Origin: Methanomassiliicoccus sp. UBA6
GTDB lineage: Archaea; Thermoplasmatota; Thermoplasmata; Methanomassiliicoccales; Methanomassiliicoccaceae
DNA: 64,000 bases
Reading direction: 5' to 3'
Assembly: GCA_002508545.1 (NCBI GenBank)
Contig: DAVH01000062.1
Coordinates: 559 to 64,558 of the forward strand
The translations under genes were made by a program, and so were the position numbers. Below, one piece after another: positions 17,931-25,607 of the stretch (positions are counted from its first letter, which is position 1; every line of letters starts with the position of its first letter). The notes below the pieces were generated by a model. That model had not been told where the DNA came from, did no database searches, and saw nothing but the letters and a program-made list of their open reading frames with translations.

Positions 17931-18148
17931 GTGCGTTCATGGATTTCCCGATGCCATATTACTTTGCATATCCCTCTCGGGGCCGCCTCGGTGACGGCGG
18001 GAGCATGTCGGCGCCCTGCCGAGAGGACGGGACCGGGCGACGGCAGGTGTGCGGAGGCGGGCCTAAGGGGCCACGGGGGCGGGAGAATTTCGGCGCCGGA
18101 GAACGATCGCCGAGGTCAGGTTGGTTTTTTCCAGACTAATTTCCAGCC

Positions 18149-18160
18149 AAATATTATATA
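18149..18160 (+). promoter_or_regulatory. TATA-like box for the small GTPase operon
   Basis: AATATTATATAG lies about 30-40 nt upstream of the ATG at 18189. This suggests a leaderless or short-leader transcript. Confidence 0.45.
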
Positions 18161-18188
18161 GAGACATGCCGATTCTTTTCGGCCTGCC

Positions 18189-18701
18189 ATGGAGAAGAAA
18201 CAAATTATCAAGAAAATTTGCCTCCTTGGGGATGGTGGAGTCGGAAAGACGAGCCTGATAGGCAGGTACGTCCTCAATTGTTTCAGCGACGATTACATCG
18301 TGAGCTTTGGTACCAAGGTCTCCAAGAAGGTCATCGACTACGATGAGGTGCAGCTCACGCTCATGATCTGGGATATCCTCGGGCAGAAGTCCCAGAAGGC
18401 CCTCCACGGCGCGTATTACAACGGAGCTAACGGCGTCCTCCTGGTGTGCGACAACACCAGGCCGGAGACGCTGCTGAACCTGCCGGAGTGGAAGCAGGAC
18501 CTAGAGAAGGTCGTCGGACCGGTGCCGATAGTGCCCATCATCAACAAGACCGACCTCCCGTCCGCGCTGGGCACCGAGGACCTGGCCGCGGTGCGTGAGG
18601 CCATGGGCGCGGACTTCCTCCTAACCAGCGCCAAGACGGGTACCGGGGTGCAGGAGGCGTTCGAGCGGCTCGGCCGCCAGATCCTGGGGGTGCCGTCCTG
18701 A
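18189..18701 (+). CDS. Ras/Rab-like small GTPase
   Basis: All G boxes are present: G1 GDGGVGKTS, G2 FGT, G3 WDILGQ, G4 NKTD, G5 TSAKTG. 170 aa. Confidence 0.88.
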   Translation: MEKKQIIKKICLLGDGGVGKTSLIGRYVLNCFSDDYIVSFGTKVSKKVIDYDEVQLTLMIWDILGQKSQKALHGAYYNGANGVLLVCDNTRPETLLNLPEWKQDLEKVVGPVPIVPIINKTDLPSALGTEDLAAVREAMGADFLLTSAKTGTGVQEAFERLGRQILGVPS

Positions 18702-18715
18702 ACCCGTTCTTCGTC

Positions 18716-19684
18716 ATGCCCGCGGCCGCCCTCCTCTCGCTCCGTGAGGAGCTGGACCTCATCTCGGAGGGGCGGGCGGGGGAGACGCTGGAGCGCACCG
18801 GGTTCAAGGCCGGGATGACCCTGGTGTCCACGCTGGACGTGCCCCCGCCGTCGCTCGAGAACTTTTCCGAGGTGTTCACCCAGCTGTGGTCGGAGAGCGG
18901 CCTGTCCCGGACCAAGGTGGTGAGGGTGAGCGCGGACGAGATCGTGGTGACCTTCGACGAGTCGGCGGAGGCGGCCAGGGGCTACAAGTGCGACTTCACC
19001 CGGGGATACCTCGCCGGCATCGTCACGGCCCTGCTGGGCCGCCGGTACAAGGCGTCCGAGCTGGTGTGCATGTCGCAGAAGGCGGAGCGCTGTGTCCACC
19101 ACCTCGTGCCGGTGTCGGACATCCCGATGGCCGGGATGCATCCATCCACCATCTCCGGGGACCGCAAGTACAAGCTGGAGTCCGGATGCTCGTACCTCAT
19201 AGAGTCGGAGGACGCCCGGGAGGCGTTCGAGATCATGGCGGAGTACGTGGCCCACGGCAGCCCGGGGCTGTGCATCTCCCGCGAGTACCCGGACAAGCTC
19301 CGCAAGACCTTCCGGCTGGACGGGGCGAAGATGATCTGGCTGTCGTACGAGGGCGAGCGGGGCAACGCGCTCGAACCGACCAACATCCCGCTGATTTACA
19401 GCGAGATCAAGGCCTTCCTGGAGCAGACCTCCGGCGCGGTCTTCCTCATCAGCGGGCTGGAGTACCTGGTCTCGCAGACCAATTTCGTGAAGGTGCTCAA
19501 GTTCGTTCAGCTGCTGTCCGAGGCGGCGGCGGTGAGCGATTCGATCTTCCTGCTCCCGATCAGCCCCGGCGCCCTGACCACGAGGGAGGTAAAGATGCTC
19601 GAGCGGGAGTTCCGGGACCTCGGGCCCACCAACAACGGCTTCGGTCACCCGCTTTCCGAAGACGGGAACGGCACGGAGAGGTGA
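18716..19684 (+). CDS. V4R domain plus DUF835 domain protein
   Basis: The N-terminal half ends with KCDFTRGYLAGIVTALLGRRYKASELVCMSQKAERCVHHL, a V4R-type Cys/Gly pattern. The C-terminal half, GCSYLIESEDAREAFEIMAEYVAHGSPGLCISREYPDKLRK...MIWLS...FLISGLEYLV, fits DUF835. The ATG lies 14 nt after the GTPase stop. Confidence 0.7.
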   Translation: MPAAALLSLREELDLISEGRAGETLERTGFKAGMTLVSTLDVPPPSLENFSEVFTQLWSESGLSRTKVVRVSADEIVVTFDESAEAARGYKCDFTRGYLAGIVTALLGRRYKASELVCMSQKAERCVHHLVPVSDIPMAGMHPSTISGDRKYKLESGCSYLIESEDAREAFEIMAEYVAHGSPGLCISREYPDKLRKTFRLDGAKMIWLSYEGERGNALEPTNIPLIYSEIKAFLEQTSGAVFLISGLEYLVSQTNFVKVLKFVQLLSEAAAVSDSIFLLPISPGALTTREVKMLEREFRDLGPTNNGFGHPLSEDGNGTER

Positions 19685-19782
19685 GCCTCGAAGAGGGCCG
19701 GCCCGTGCATGGCCAGAATACTGTCTTCGGGTCATCTTGCATGGGGAAACGCTTAAATTCGAGGTCTTATTTACTTCGCTTT

Positions 19783-20253
19783 ATGCATCTCGTTCCAAAG
19801 AAGTTCTTCATCAGTTCTGGCTGCGCCGTGAGCAAGGTCTCCGACCTCAACGCCTTCGACAAGGCCCTGCTCGAGGCGGGCATCGGTGAGCTGAACATCG
19901 TATCCGTTTCCTCGGTCCTTCCGGTCGGCGCCGAGCAGGTCGGGATCAGGGAGCTGCCCATGGGAGCGGTCACCCACTGCGTCCTCGCCCAGATGAGGGG
20001 AGGAGAGGGCGAGATGATCTCCGCCGGCATCGCCTACGGGTTCCGCAAGGACGGCAGGGGCGGGTACGTCGCCGAGGGGCACATACACGGCTCCAAGAAG
20101 GCCCTCCGCGAGATCATGGAGTGGAAGATGGACGAGATGGCGAAGCTCCGGGGGATCGAGATGGAGACCATCGAGTACCGCATTGAGGAGCTCTCGGTGC
20201 CCATGGACAACTATGGGGCCTGCGTCGCTGCTCTGGTCTTCGTCGAATACTGA
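19783..20253 (+). CDS. pdaD: pyruvoyl-dependent arginine decarboxylase
   Basis: MHLVPKKFFISSGCAVSKVSDLNAFDKALLEAGIGELNIVSVSSVLP contains the Ser-Ser self-cleavage site. It is the last 156 codons of the composite track ORF 18886..20253. An alternative ATG lies at 19741. Confidence 0.88.
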   Translation: MHLVPKKFFISSGCAVSKVSDLNAFDKALLEAGIGELNIVSVSSVLPVGAEQVGIRELPMGAVTHCVLAQMRGGEGEMISAGIAYGFRKDGRGGYVAEGHIHGSKKALREIMEWKMDEMAKLRGIEMETIEYRIEELSVPMDNYGACVAALVFVEY

Positions 20254-20681
20254 TGTATGGCGTGATCGTCTGCCCGCGCTGCACCCTGGTGCAGGGCGCG
20301 GACCTTTCCACGGCCCGGATCACCTGCCCTCGCTGCAGAAGCAAGATTGAGGTGAGAAAGGCCAAGGTCTATTTTTCCACCGATTCCCCGAAGGAGCTGG
20401 CGGAGGGCGTCCGGCAGGTGGGGGAGCGGCTCGTCTACGACATCGAGACCCCTGGTGCTCCCCGCGGCAGCCTGCCGGAAAGGAAGCCCTCCGGCTCTGA
20501 TCAGCGTACCCTCCGCTCGATCGTCCTGCGGGTCCTCGAAGAGCGGGAGGAAGCGTCGAGGGAGGACCTCGCGCGCGAGCTCGGGGAGATCGGCGATGAG
20601 GAGCTGGACCGGGTCATCGGCCTCATGCTGGAAGCGGGCGTCATGTACGAGGCGTCGCCCGGACGGTACAGGGCGGCATGA
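20253..20681 (+). CDS. zinc-ribbon (CPRC...CPRC) protein with a probable winged-helix C-terminal half
   Basis: MYGVIVCPRCTLVQGADLSTARITCPRCRSKIEV at the N-terminus. The C-terminal part LRSIVLRVLEEREEASREDLARELGEIGDEELDRVIGLMLEAGVMYE looks wHTH-like. Its ATG overlaps the pdaD stop (TGATG). Confidence 0.6.
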   Translation: MYGVIVCPRCTLVQGADLSTARITCPRCRSKIEVRKAKVYFSTDSPKELAEGVRQVGERLVYDIETPGAPRGSLPERKPSGSDQRTLRSIVLRVLEEREEASREDLARELGEIGDEELDRVIGLMLEAGVMYEASPGRYRAA

Positions 20682-21804
20682 TCCTTTCCATGTGATACAC
20701 CCCGCCCTGACTGATCTTCTTGCTCGACTCGGAGTAGCTCAGCTTGACATAGGTCTCGCTGAACACCGGCGATGAGCCGCCCCGGTAGGTCTCCCGGTCG
20801 TAGGTGGTCTGGAAGGTGTAGTAGTAATCGGAGAGGTGGTCGCCGACCCCGTCGTCGGTGAAGTCGATGATCCGGTTGGGCCTGAAGACCAGGAAGTCCC
20901 GGTTGACCACGTCGATGGTCACGTTCTCCCCTCCCCCCGAAGCCAGGGGTATGTACGCCTGCAGCCACCCGTGGCCGCCCCAGCTGTCGTCGGCGCTCAC
21001 ATACAAGGCCCCCATCTGCAGCCACGCGGGGACCCCGGCGGCCCTGGCCAGGGAGCAGAACAGGATGGACTGATCATCGCAGTCCCCGCTGCGGAGATGC
21101 AGCGTCTCCAGGGCGGTCTGGGGCTCGCCGGACGAGGAGGCGGTCGAGTACCGCACGTTGTCGACCATCCAGTCGTAGATGTTCCGAAGGACCTGATACA
21201 CGTCGGTCTCGTTGCCGACGATGCTCTGGGACGCGGAGACTATCGTCGCCGAGGACATGTCGATCTTGTGGCCGCGAACGTTGCCGAACGCGTCGCTCTC
21301 CACCCACTCGTCATGCAGATAGCTGTCCTTCAGCCAGCCGGGGATCTCGTCCACGCTCAGCGAGCTCTCGCGGTCGATGTCCCAGATGTGCGTGTACACC
21401 GTCACCTGGTAGGTGGCGGTGTGGGTCACCGTGCCGTTGCCGGAGAGGGACGAGCCGTTCCATCCCACCCAGTTCTGCCCGTACCGCGTCTCGTGGAACG
21501 ATAGCTGGGGCGAGTAGCTCACCGAGGACACGTTCTGTATGGGGTAGCCGTTCTGGGAGATGGACGACGGCTCGCAGATGTCGAGATCGTAGTGGAGTAT
21601 CTCCCCGCCATTGGCGTCCACGGTCAGGGACCTCTCCAGGGAGAAGGTCGCGCTCTCCGGGTAGCGGGGCTTGAACGGCGAGGTCACCAGGTCCATCAGG
21701 AACGTCTGCACCGCGGGGGTGAGCAGCAGCATGATGATTACCACACCGATGACCAGCGCCCCGGCGACCCTCAGCGCCGGGCGCTTCCTCTTGACCGCTT
21801 GCAC
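20641..21804 (-). CDS. membrane-anchored transglutaminase-like cysteine protease domain protein
   Basis: A basic N-terminus plus TM segment (ALVIGVVIIMLLL) is followed by GDCDDQSILFCSLARAAGVPAW...GGHGWLQAY, which supplies the Cys-His core. GTG start at 21804. Confidence 0.8.
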   Translation of the reverse strand: MQAVKRKRPALRVAGALVIGVVIIMLLLTPAVQTFLMDLVTSPFKPRYPESATFSLERSLTVDANGGEILHYDLDICEPSSISQNGYPIQNVSSVSYSPQLSFHETRYGQNWVGWNGSSLSGNGTVTHTATYQVTVYTHIWDIDRESSLSVDEIPGWLKDSYLHDEWVESDAFGNVRGHKIDMSSATIVSASQSIVGNETDVYQVLRNIYDWMVDNVRYSTASSSGEPQTALETLHLRSGDCDDQSILFCSLARAAGVPAWLQMGALYVSADDSWGGHGWLQAYIPLASGGGENVTIDVVNRDFLVFRPNRIIDFTDDGVGDHLSDYYYTFQTTYDRETYRGGSSPVFSETYVKLSYSESSKKISQGGVYHMERIMPPCTVRATPRT

Positions 21805-21831
21805 ACCGTATAATCACGGTCCCGGGGGCCT

Positions 21832-22578
21832 TCAATCTTTCGACCTGGGTACCTTTCTCGCCTTTTTAGGCTTGGTGGCCGAGAGGTTGGCCAGCGCCTC
21901 CTTGACGTATTGCGGCAGCATCCTGTGATGGACGTAATAGTAGTAGGCGGAGACGAAGACCAGGGCCGTAACGAACAGCAGGGTTGCCACCAGCCCGCTG
22001 CCGATGAACGCCGTGCTGGAGGGCGCCAGCATCAGGACGAACGCCAGGTGGACCACCACCGCCTGGGCGAAGAAGGGCCAGGGCGTGCCCCGGGCCACGC
22101 CCATCCCGATGGTCGTGCCGGTGGAGATCTGCAGCAGGGCCACCATGATCGAGTAGACGATCATGACCACTATGGCCAGAGGGTCGAACCCGGTCTGGAC
22201 CAGCGCGCGGTTCACCACCCCGTAGGCCAGGGCGGTGGCCATGCCCGCGCTCAGCCCGAAGGCGTAGAACGGCGTATCCGCCCGCCGCTGGAACCTCGGG
22301 AGGTTTATGATCATCAGCTTCACCGACTCCTCCAGGAGGAAGCCCACCAGGGCGTACTCCAGCGACAGGAAGATGGAGACGGCATAGAGGACCGCGCCGA
22401 TGACTATGCCCACGGTGAACATGCCGAAGAGCTTGGGATCGCTGAAGTAGGGGCGCTCTACCTTTGGATAGGTGTACCTCTGCAGGGTCAGCAGCAATAG
22501 CGCCAGGGGAGGCGCGAAACCGATGGCCGCGGCCACGTACGACGTGTAGTCCATCCGGCAACGAGGACCGATTATCAC
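21832..22578 (-). CDS. polytopic membrane protein, possibly a PrsW-like intramembrane protease
   Basis: There are about 7 hydrophobic segments. FLLEESVKLMI resembles the EExxK motif of PrsW/CAAX-type proteases, and a histidine lies in a later TM segment (VVVHLAFV). The functional call is weak. Confidence 0.45.
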   Translation of the reverse strand: MIIGPRCRMDYTSYVAAAIGFAPPLALLLLTLQRYTYPKVERPYFSDPKLFGMFTVGIVIGAVLYAVSIFLSLEYALVGFLLEESVKLMIINLPRFQRRADTPFYAFGLSAGMATALAYGVVNRALVQTGFDPLAIVVMIVYSIMVALLQISTGTTIGMGVARGTPWPFFAQAVVVHLAFVLMLAPSSTAFIGSGLVATLLFVTALVFVSAYYYYVHHRMLPQYVKEALANLSATKPKKARKVPRSKD

Positions 22579-22592
22579 TATTTAAAGGCTGT

Positions 22593-24503
22593 CTAGGTGA
22601 CGAGCTTATCGTAATAGTGCGCGACCACGCAGGCCGTGGTGCACCGGCCGCAGCGGTTGCACCTCTCCTCGTTCACCACCAGGCCGCGGTCCAGGGTGAT
22701 GGCCTTGGCCTTGCAGTTGCGCACGCATATTCCGCACTCGGTGCACAGTTGCGCCCTGAGCAGCGCCTTCGCCCCGGCCTCGAAGATGGCGTGGGCCTTC
22801 TCCGGCGAGGGGCCGGTGGCGACCATCTGGCCCCCGCCGAACACCTTCAGGGTGCTGTCCTTGGTCTTGACCAGCGCGATCTCGAACTCCTTCGAGTACT
22901 TTACCTGGCCGACGGTCTTTAGCGCCTCGGCGACCCTGGCGAAGTCCCGCTTACGCGGTACCGAGAGCACGCCCTCGGCCGAGTACCCTCCGGTGAGGCA
23001 GGGGGATACCCCTTTCACCCATCTCAGGTCCAGGCGGTCGGAGCGGACCTCCGGTAGCTTCAGATCGATCTCGCCGGCCAGCTGTCGCATCTTTTTGGGA
23101 TATACCTTCCAGCGCCAGAAGCCGTACTTGACGTACTCCTCGCTGCCCCCGCTCTTGGCGGACCATCCCTTGAGGTGGGCGTCCCAGTCCCCGTGCAGGT
23201 CGGGATGGATGCGCGAGGTGTTCCGCCACTCGCTCTCCAGGCAGGAGGGGCACAGGTAGCAGCCGATACGCTCATAGTCCATCTCGTAGAGCGGATTGTA
23301 GTCCATGTTCCTCCACCAGATGTACCCCCATACGTCCACTGCTCTCCATTCGCGGATGGGGTTGAGGATCACCTGGTTGGGGACGAACGGGTTCCTTTCC
23401 ACGAAGGATATGGTGGAGCGGGCGAAGGACTCGTAGGCGCGGTTACCCTCGAGCGTCAGCGTGCCCTGGGGGAAGTTGCGCTCGATGAGGTCGGTCAGGG
23501 GCGCCAGCTTGCATACCTTGCAGCACCACCGGAAGTCCTTGGCCGGCGGGCCGAAGGAGTCGACCTGCTCCCAGAAGGCGTCCCCGGCGTCGGCCACGAG
23601 CAGGCGCTCGCGGTTCTTCCTGGCGAAGTCCTGCACGTACCTCACCGTCTCCGGGAACTCCAGGCCGGTGTTGACGAAGATGAGCGTGAACCGGTCCACC
23701 GCCCTTGATGCCAGGCCATAGCAGGCCAGCGAGTCCTTGCCCCCGCTGAATGACAGGGTGACCGGCAGCTTGTTGTTCCCGACGTACGACCGGATATCGG
23801 AGACCGCCTTGGCCTCCAGCGCGCGGAAGTGCTTCTCGTTGACGTTGACGAAGCCCGTCCAGGAGGAGCGCCTCTTCGACACCTCGATCGCTCCCTTCCC
23901 GACGTCCCTCACCCCCACCGCCTTGTCGGCGGCGAGCGCTTCCTCGCTGGACACCTTGGCCACGGCGCTGCACACCAGGCTGCCGGCGACGACGATGAGC
24001 GGGTCCCCGGCCTCGAACTCGCCCTTGATCTCCTTGATCGCTCGCCCGGGAAGGCTCTTGCCCTTGAGGTGGCCGGCGTCATGGCCGACGATCACCACGC
24101 CCTTCTTGGCCAAGGGGTGGAGCAGCCTCGCCCCCTCCAGGCGCAGGTCGAGCTGGAACCCGCAGGCCCTGAGATCGTAGCGCAGGACGCCGATAACCAA
24201 GCCCTGGAACACGATCTCGTCGGTCCGGTCCTCCCCCGCCACCTTGTTCAGGAACACCGTGCGGTTGCGGAGGAAGTCCGAGGTCCCGAAGTGCTTCTCG
24301 AAAAGCTCGATGAGCACCTTGGTGCTCTCCCCCATGCATGGACGCAGATCGCCCGGCTTGGAGACCTCGAAGCGCCTGCCGGCGGAGGAGCAGACCTCGC
24401 AGCGCTGACCGAGGATCAGCGTCCCGCAGCTGTCGCACCACCTGAAGCCGACCTTGCCATGTTCGAAATGGGGCATCCAACTTAAATGCGCTTGGTATTT
24501 CAA
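22593..24503 (-). CDS. Zn-ribbon / PUA / PAPS-reductase-like PP-loop ATPase / 2x[4Fe-4S] ferredoxin fusion protein
   Basis: The N-terminus has CDSCGTLILGQRCEVC. A PUA-like segment follows (GDPLIVVAGSLVCSAVAKV), then the PP-loop VTLSFSGGKDSLACYGL. The C-terminus has CTECGICVRNC and CNRCGRCTTAC. Confidence 0.75.
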   Translation of the reverse strand: MKYQAHLSWMPHFEHGKVGFRWCDSCGTLILGQRCEVCSSAGRRFEVSKPGDLRPCMGESTKVLIELFEKHFGTSDFLRNRTVFLNKVAGEDRTDEIVFQGLVIGVLRYDLRACGFQLDLRLEGARLLHPLAKKGVVIVGHDAGHLKGKSLPGRAIKEIKGEFEAGDPLIVVAGSLVCSAVAKVSSEEALAADKAVGVRDVGKGAIEVSKRRSSWTGFVNVNEKHFRALEAKAVSDIRSYVGNNKLPVTLSFSGGKDSLACYGLASRAVDRFTLIFVNTGLEFPETVRYVQDFARKNRERLLVADAGDAFWEQVDSFGPPAKDFRWCCKVCKLAPLTDLIERNFPQGTLTLEGNRAYESFARSTISFVERNPFVPNQVILNPIREWRAVDVWGYIWWRNMDYNPLYEMDYERIGCYLCPSCLESEWRNTSRIHPDLHGDWDAHLKGWSAKSGGSEEYVKYGFWRWKVYPKKMRQLAGEIDLKLPEVRSDRLDLRWVKGVSPCLTGGYSAEGVLSVPRKRDFARVAEALKTVGQVKYSKEFEIALVKTKDSTLKVFGGGQMVATGPSPEKAHAIFEAGAKALLRAQLCTECGICVRNCKAKAITLDRGLVVNEERCNRCGRCTTACVVAHYYDKLVT

Positions 24504-24726
24504 GCTATTTGCTCCACCGTCCCTCTGCTGACGAAAATGCCGCCTTGGCGATGACGGCGGAGGGCTTGAACGACCGCCTCACACAGGGGAGCGCTGGTGG
24601 ACGGCCATGGCGCGCGTTCTAAGCATTTTCTCGCCTCGACCGCACCGGGTCGGCCAGCCCAGGCCGGCGGCGTCGGCCAACCCATAAATAGGTTGGGCGG
24701 AGAAGCTGGTCCCGGAGGTGCTGCCG

Positions 24727-24876
24727 ATGATATTGGAGCTGGCCATACTGTTCATCATCCTGGCGATCATAGCGGCCTTGCTCGGTGCCACCGGGGTGGC
24801 GGGCTTCTCGTGGTCGGTGGCGAAGTGGCTGCTGATCATTTTCGTGGTCTTGGCCATCGTTGCGCTCATCCTCTAG
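24727..24876 (+). CDS. UPF0391/DUF1328 small membrane protein
   Basis: 49 aa, below the track cutoff: [54 protein letters not shown] lies 9 nt upstream. The listed minus-strand ORF 24579..24869 is its shadow. Confidence 0.75.
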   Translation: MILELAILFIILAIIAALLGATGVAGFSWSVAKWLLIIFVVLAIVALIL

Positions 24877-24922
24877 CGGACGGCGTCGCCGGCCTCTGTC
24901 CCGATGCCGGCAATCAAACGCT

Positions 24923-24933
24923 AAAGTATAAAA
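24923..24933 (+). promoter_or_regulatory. TATA-like box for the M50 protease gene
   Basis: AAAGTATAAAA lies about 30 nt upstream of the ATG at 24960. Confidence 0.4.
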
Positions 24934-24959
24934 GGCCCCTTGCTCGTGAGCACGGTCAG

Positions 24960-25607
24960 ATGTATGATCGCACCATCCACATACCGTCAGGTTATGGAAA
25001 GATCAGGTTCGGAAGGGTGGAGATGCGCAACATCGCCCTCGCCGTCGGGGCCCTGACCCTGGCGTTCACCTTGTCGATGTTCCTGCGCTCGTCCATCTCC
25101 GGGCTCACCACCACGGAGTTCTTCCTCTACGCCCTGGCCACGTCGTTCGTCGCCGTGCTCACCGGGTTCATGCTCCACGAGCTCGCTCACAAGGTGGTGG
25201 CGCAGCGTAACGGAGCGTGGGCGGAGTTCCGCGCCTACCCCATGGGGCTGGCCATCGCGATAGTGACCGCCCTGTTCGGCTTCCTGCTCGCCGCGCCCGG
25301 CGCGGTGTACATCCAGGGAATGATAAGCCGGAAGCAGAACGGACTGATCAGCATCGCCGGGCCGCTGACCAACCTCGGCCTGGGGATACCGTTCCTGGCC
25401 CTCGGGCTGTGGCTGGAGACCGGTCTGCTGGCCATCGCCCTGTACTGGATCGGTTCGGTGAACATCCTGCTGGCGGTGTTCAACCTGCTGCCGATAGCTC
25501 CCCTGGACGGCTCCAAGGTGCTGAAGTGGAGCGTGCCGATCTACGCGGTCACCTTCGGCGGGACCGCGCTCCTGGCGGCACTGCTCCTGCTCGGCGTCCT
25601 GGCCTGA
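24960..25607 (+). CDS. M50-family (site-2 protease-like) membrane metalloprotease
   Basis: The HELAH zinc motif and NLLPIAPLDGSKV motif are present, with multiple TM segments. The start was chosen at the ATG at 24960 within the longer track ORF. Confidence 0.85.
   Translation: MYDRTIHIPSGYGKIRFGRVEMRNIALAVGALTLAFTLSMFLRSSISGLTTTEFFLYALATSFVAVLTGFMLHELAHKVVAQRNGAWAEFRAYPMGLAIAIVTALFGFLLAAPGAVYIQGMISRKQNGLISIAGPLTNLGLGIPFLALGLWLETGLLAIALYWIGSVNILLAVFNLLPIAPLDGSKVLKWSVPIYAVTFGGTALLAALLLLGVLA

Noticed and set aside
17975-18140. SRP RNA or RNase P RNA in the GC-rich spacers (also 39850-40080)
   Set aside because: I looked for the characteristic strings (GAGGAAAGUCC-type CR-I for RNase P, GGAAGGGAGCA-type helix-8 region for SRP RNA) and found neither. 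These spacers are kept only as low-interest unknowns.
16713-18161. 482-aa plus-strand ORF
   Set aside because: It is an antisense shadow of the M16 peptidase gene that extends into the spacer.
18886-20253. 455-aa plus-strand ORF spanning the V4R/DUF835 gene and pdaD
   Set aside because: It is a composite. Only the last 156 codons (from 19783) are the real PdaD. The upstream part is an alternative frame of the V4R/DUF835 gene with an Arg/Gly/Pro-rich nonsense composition.
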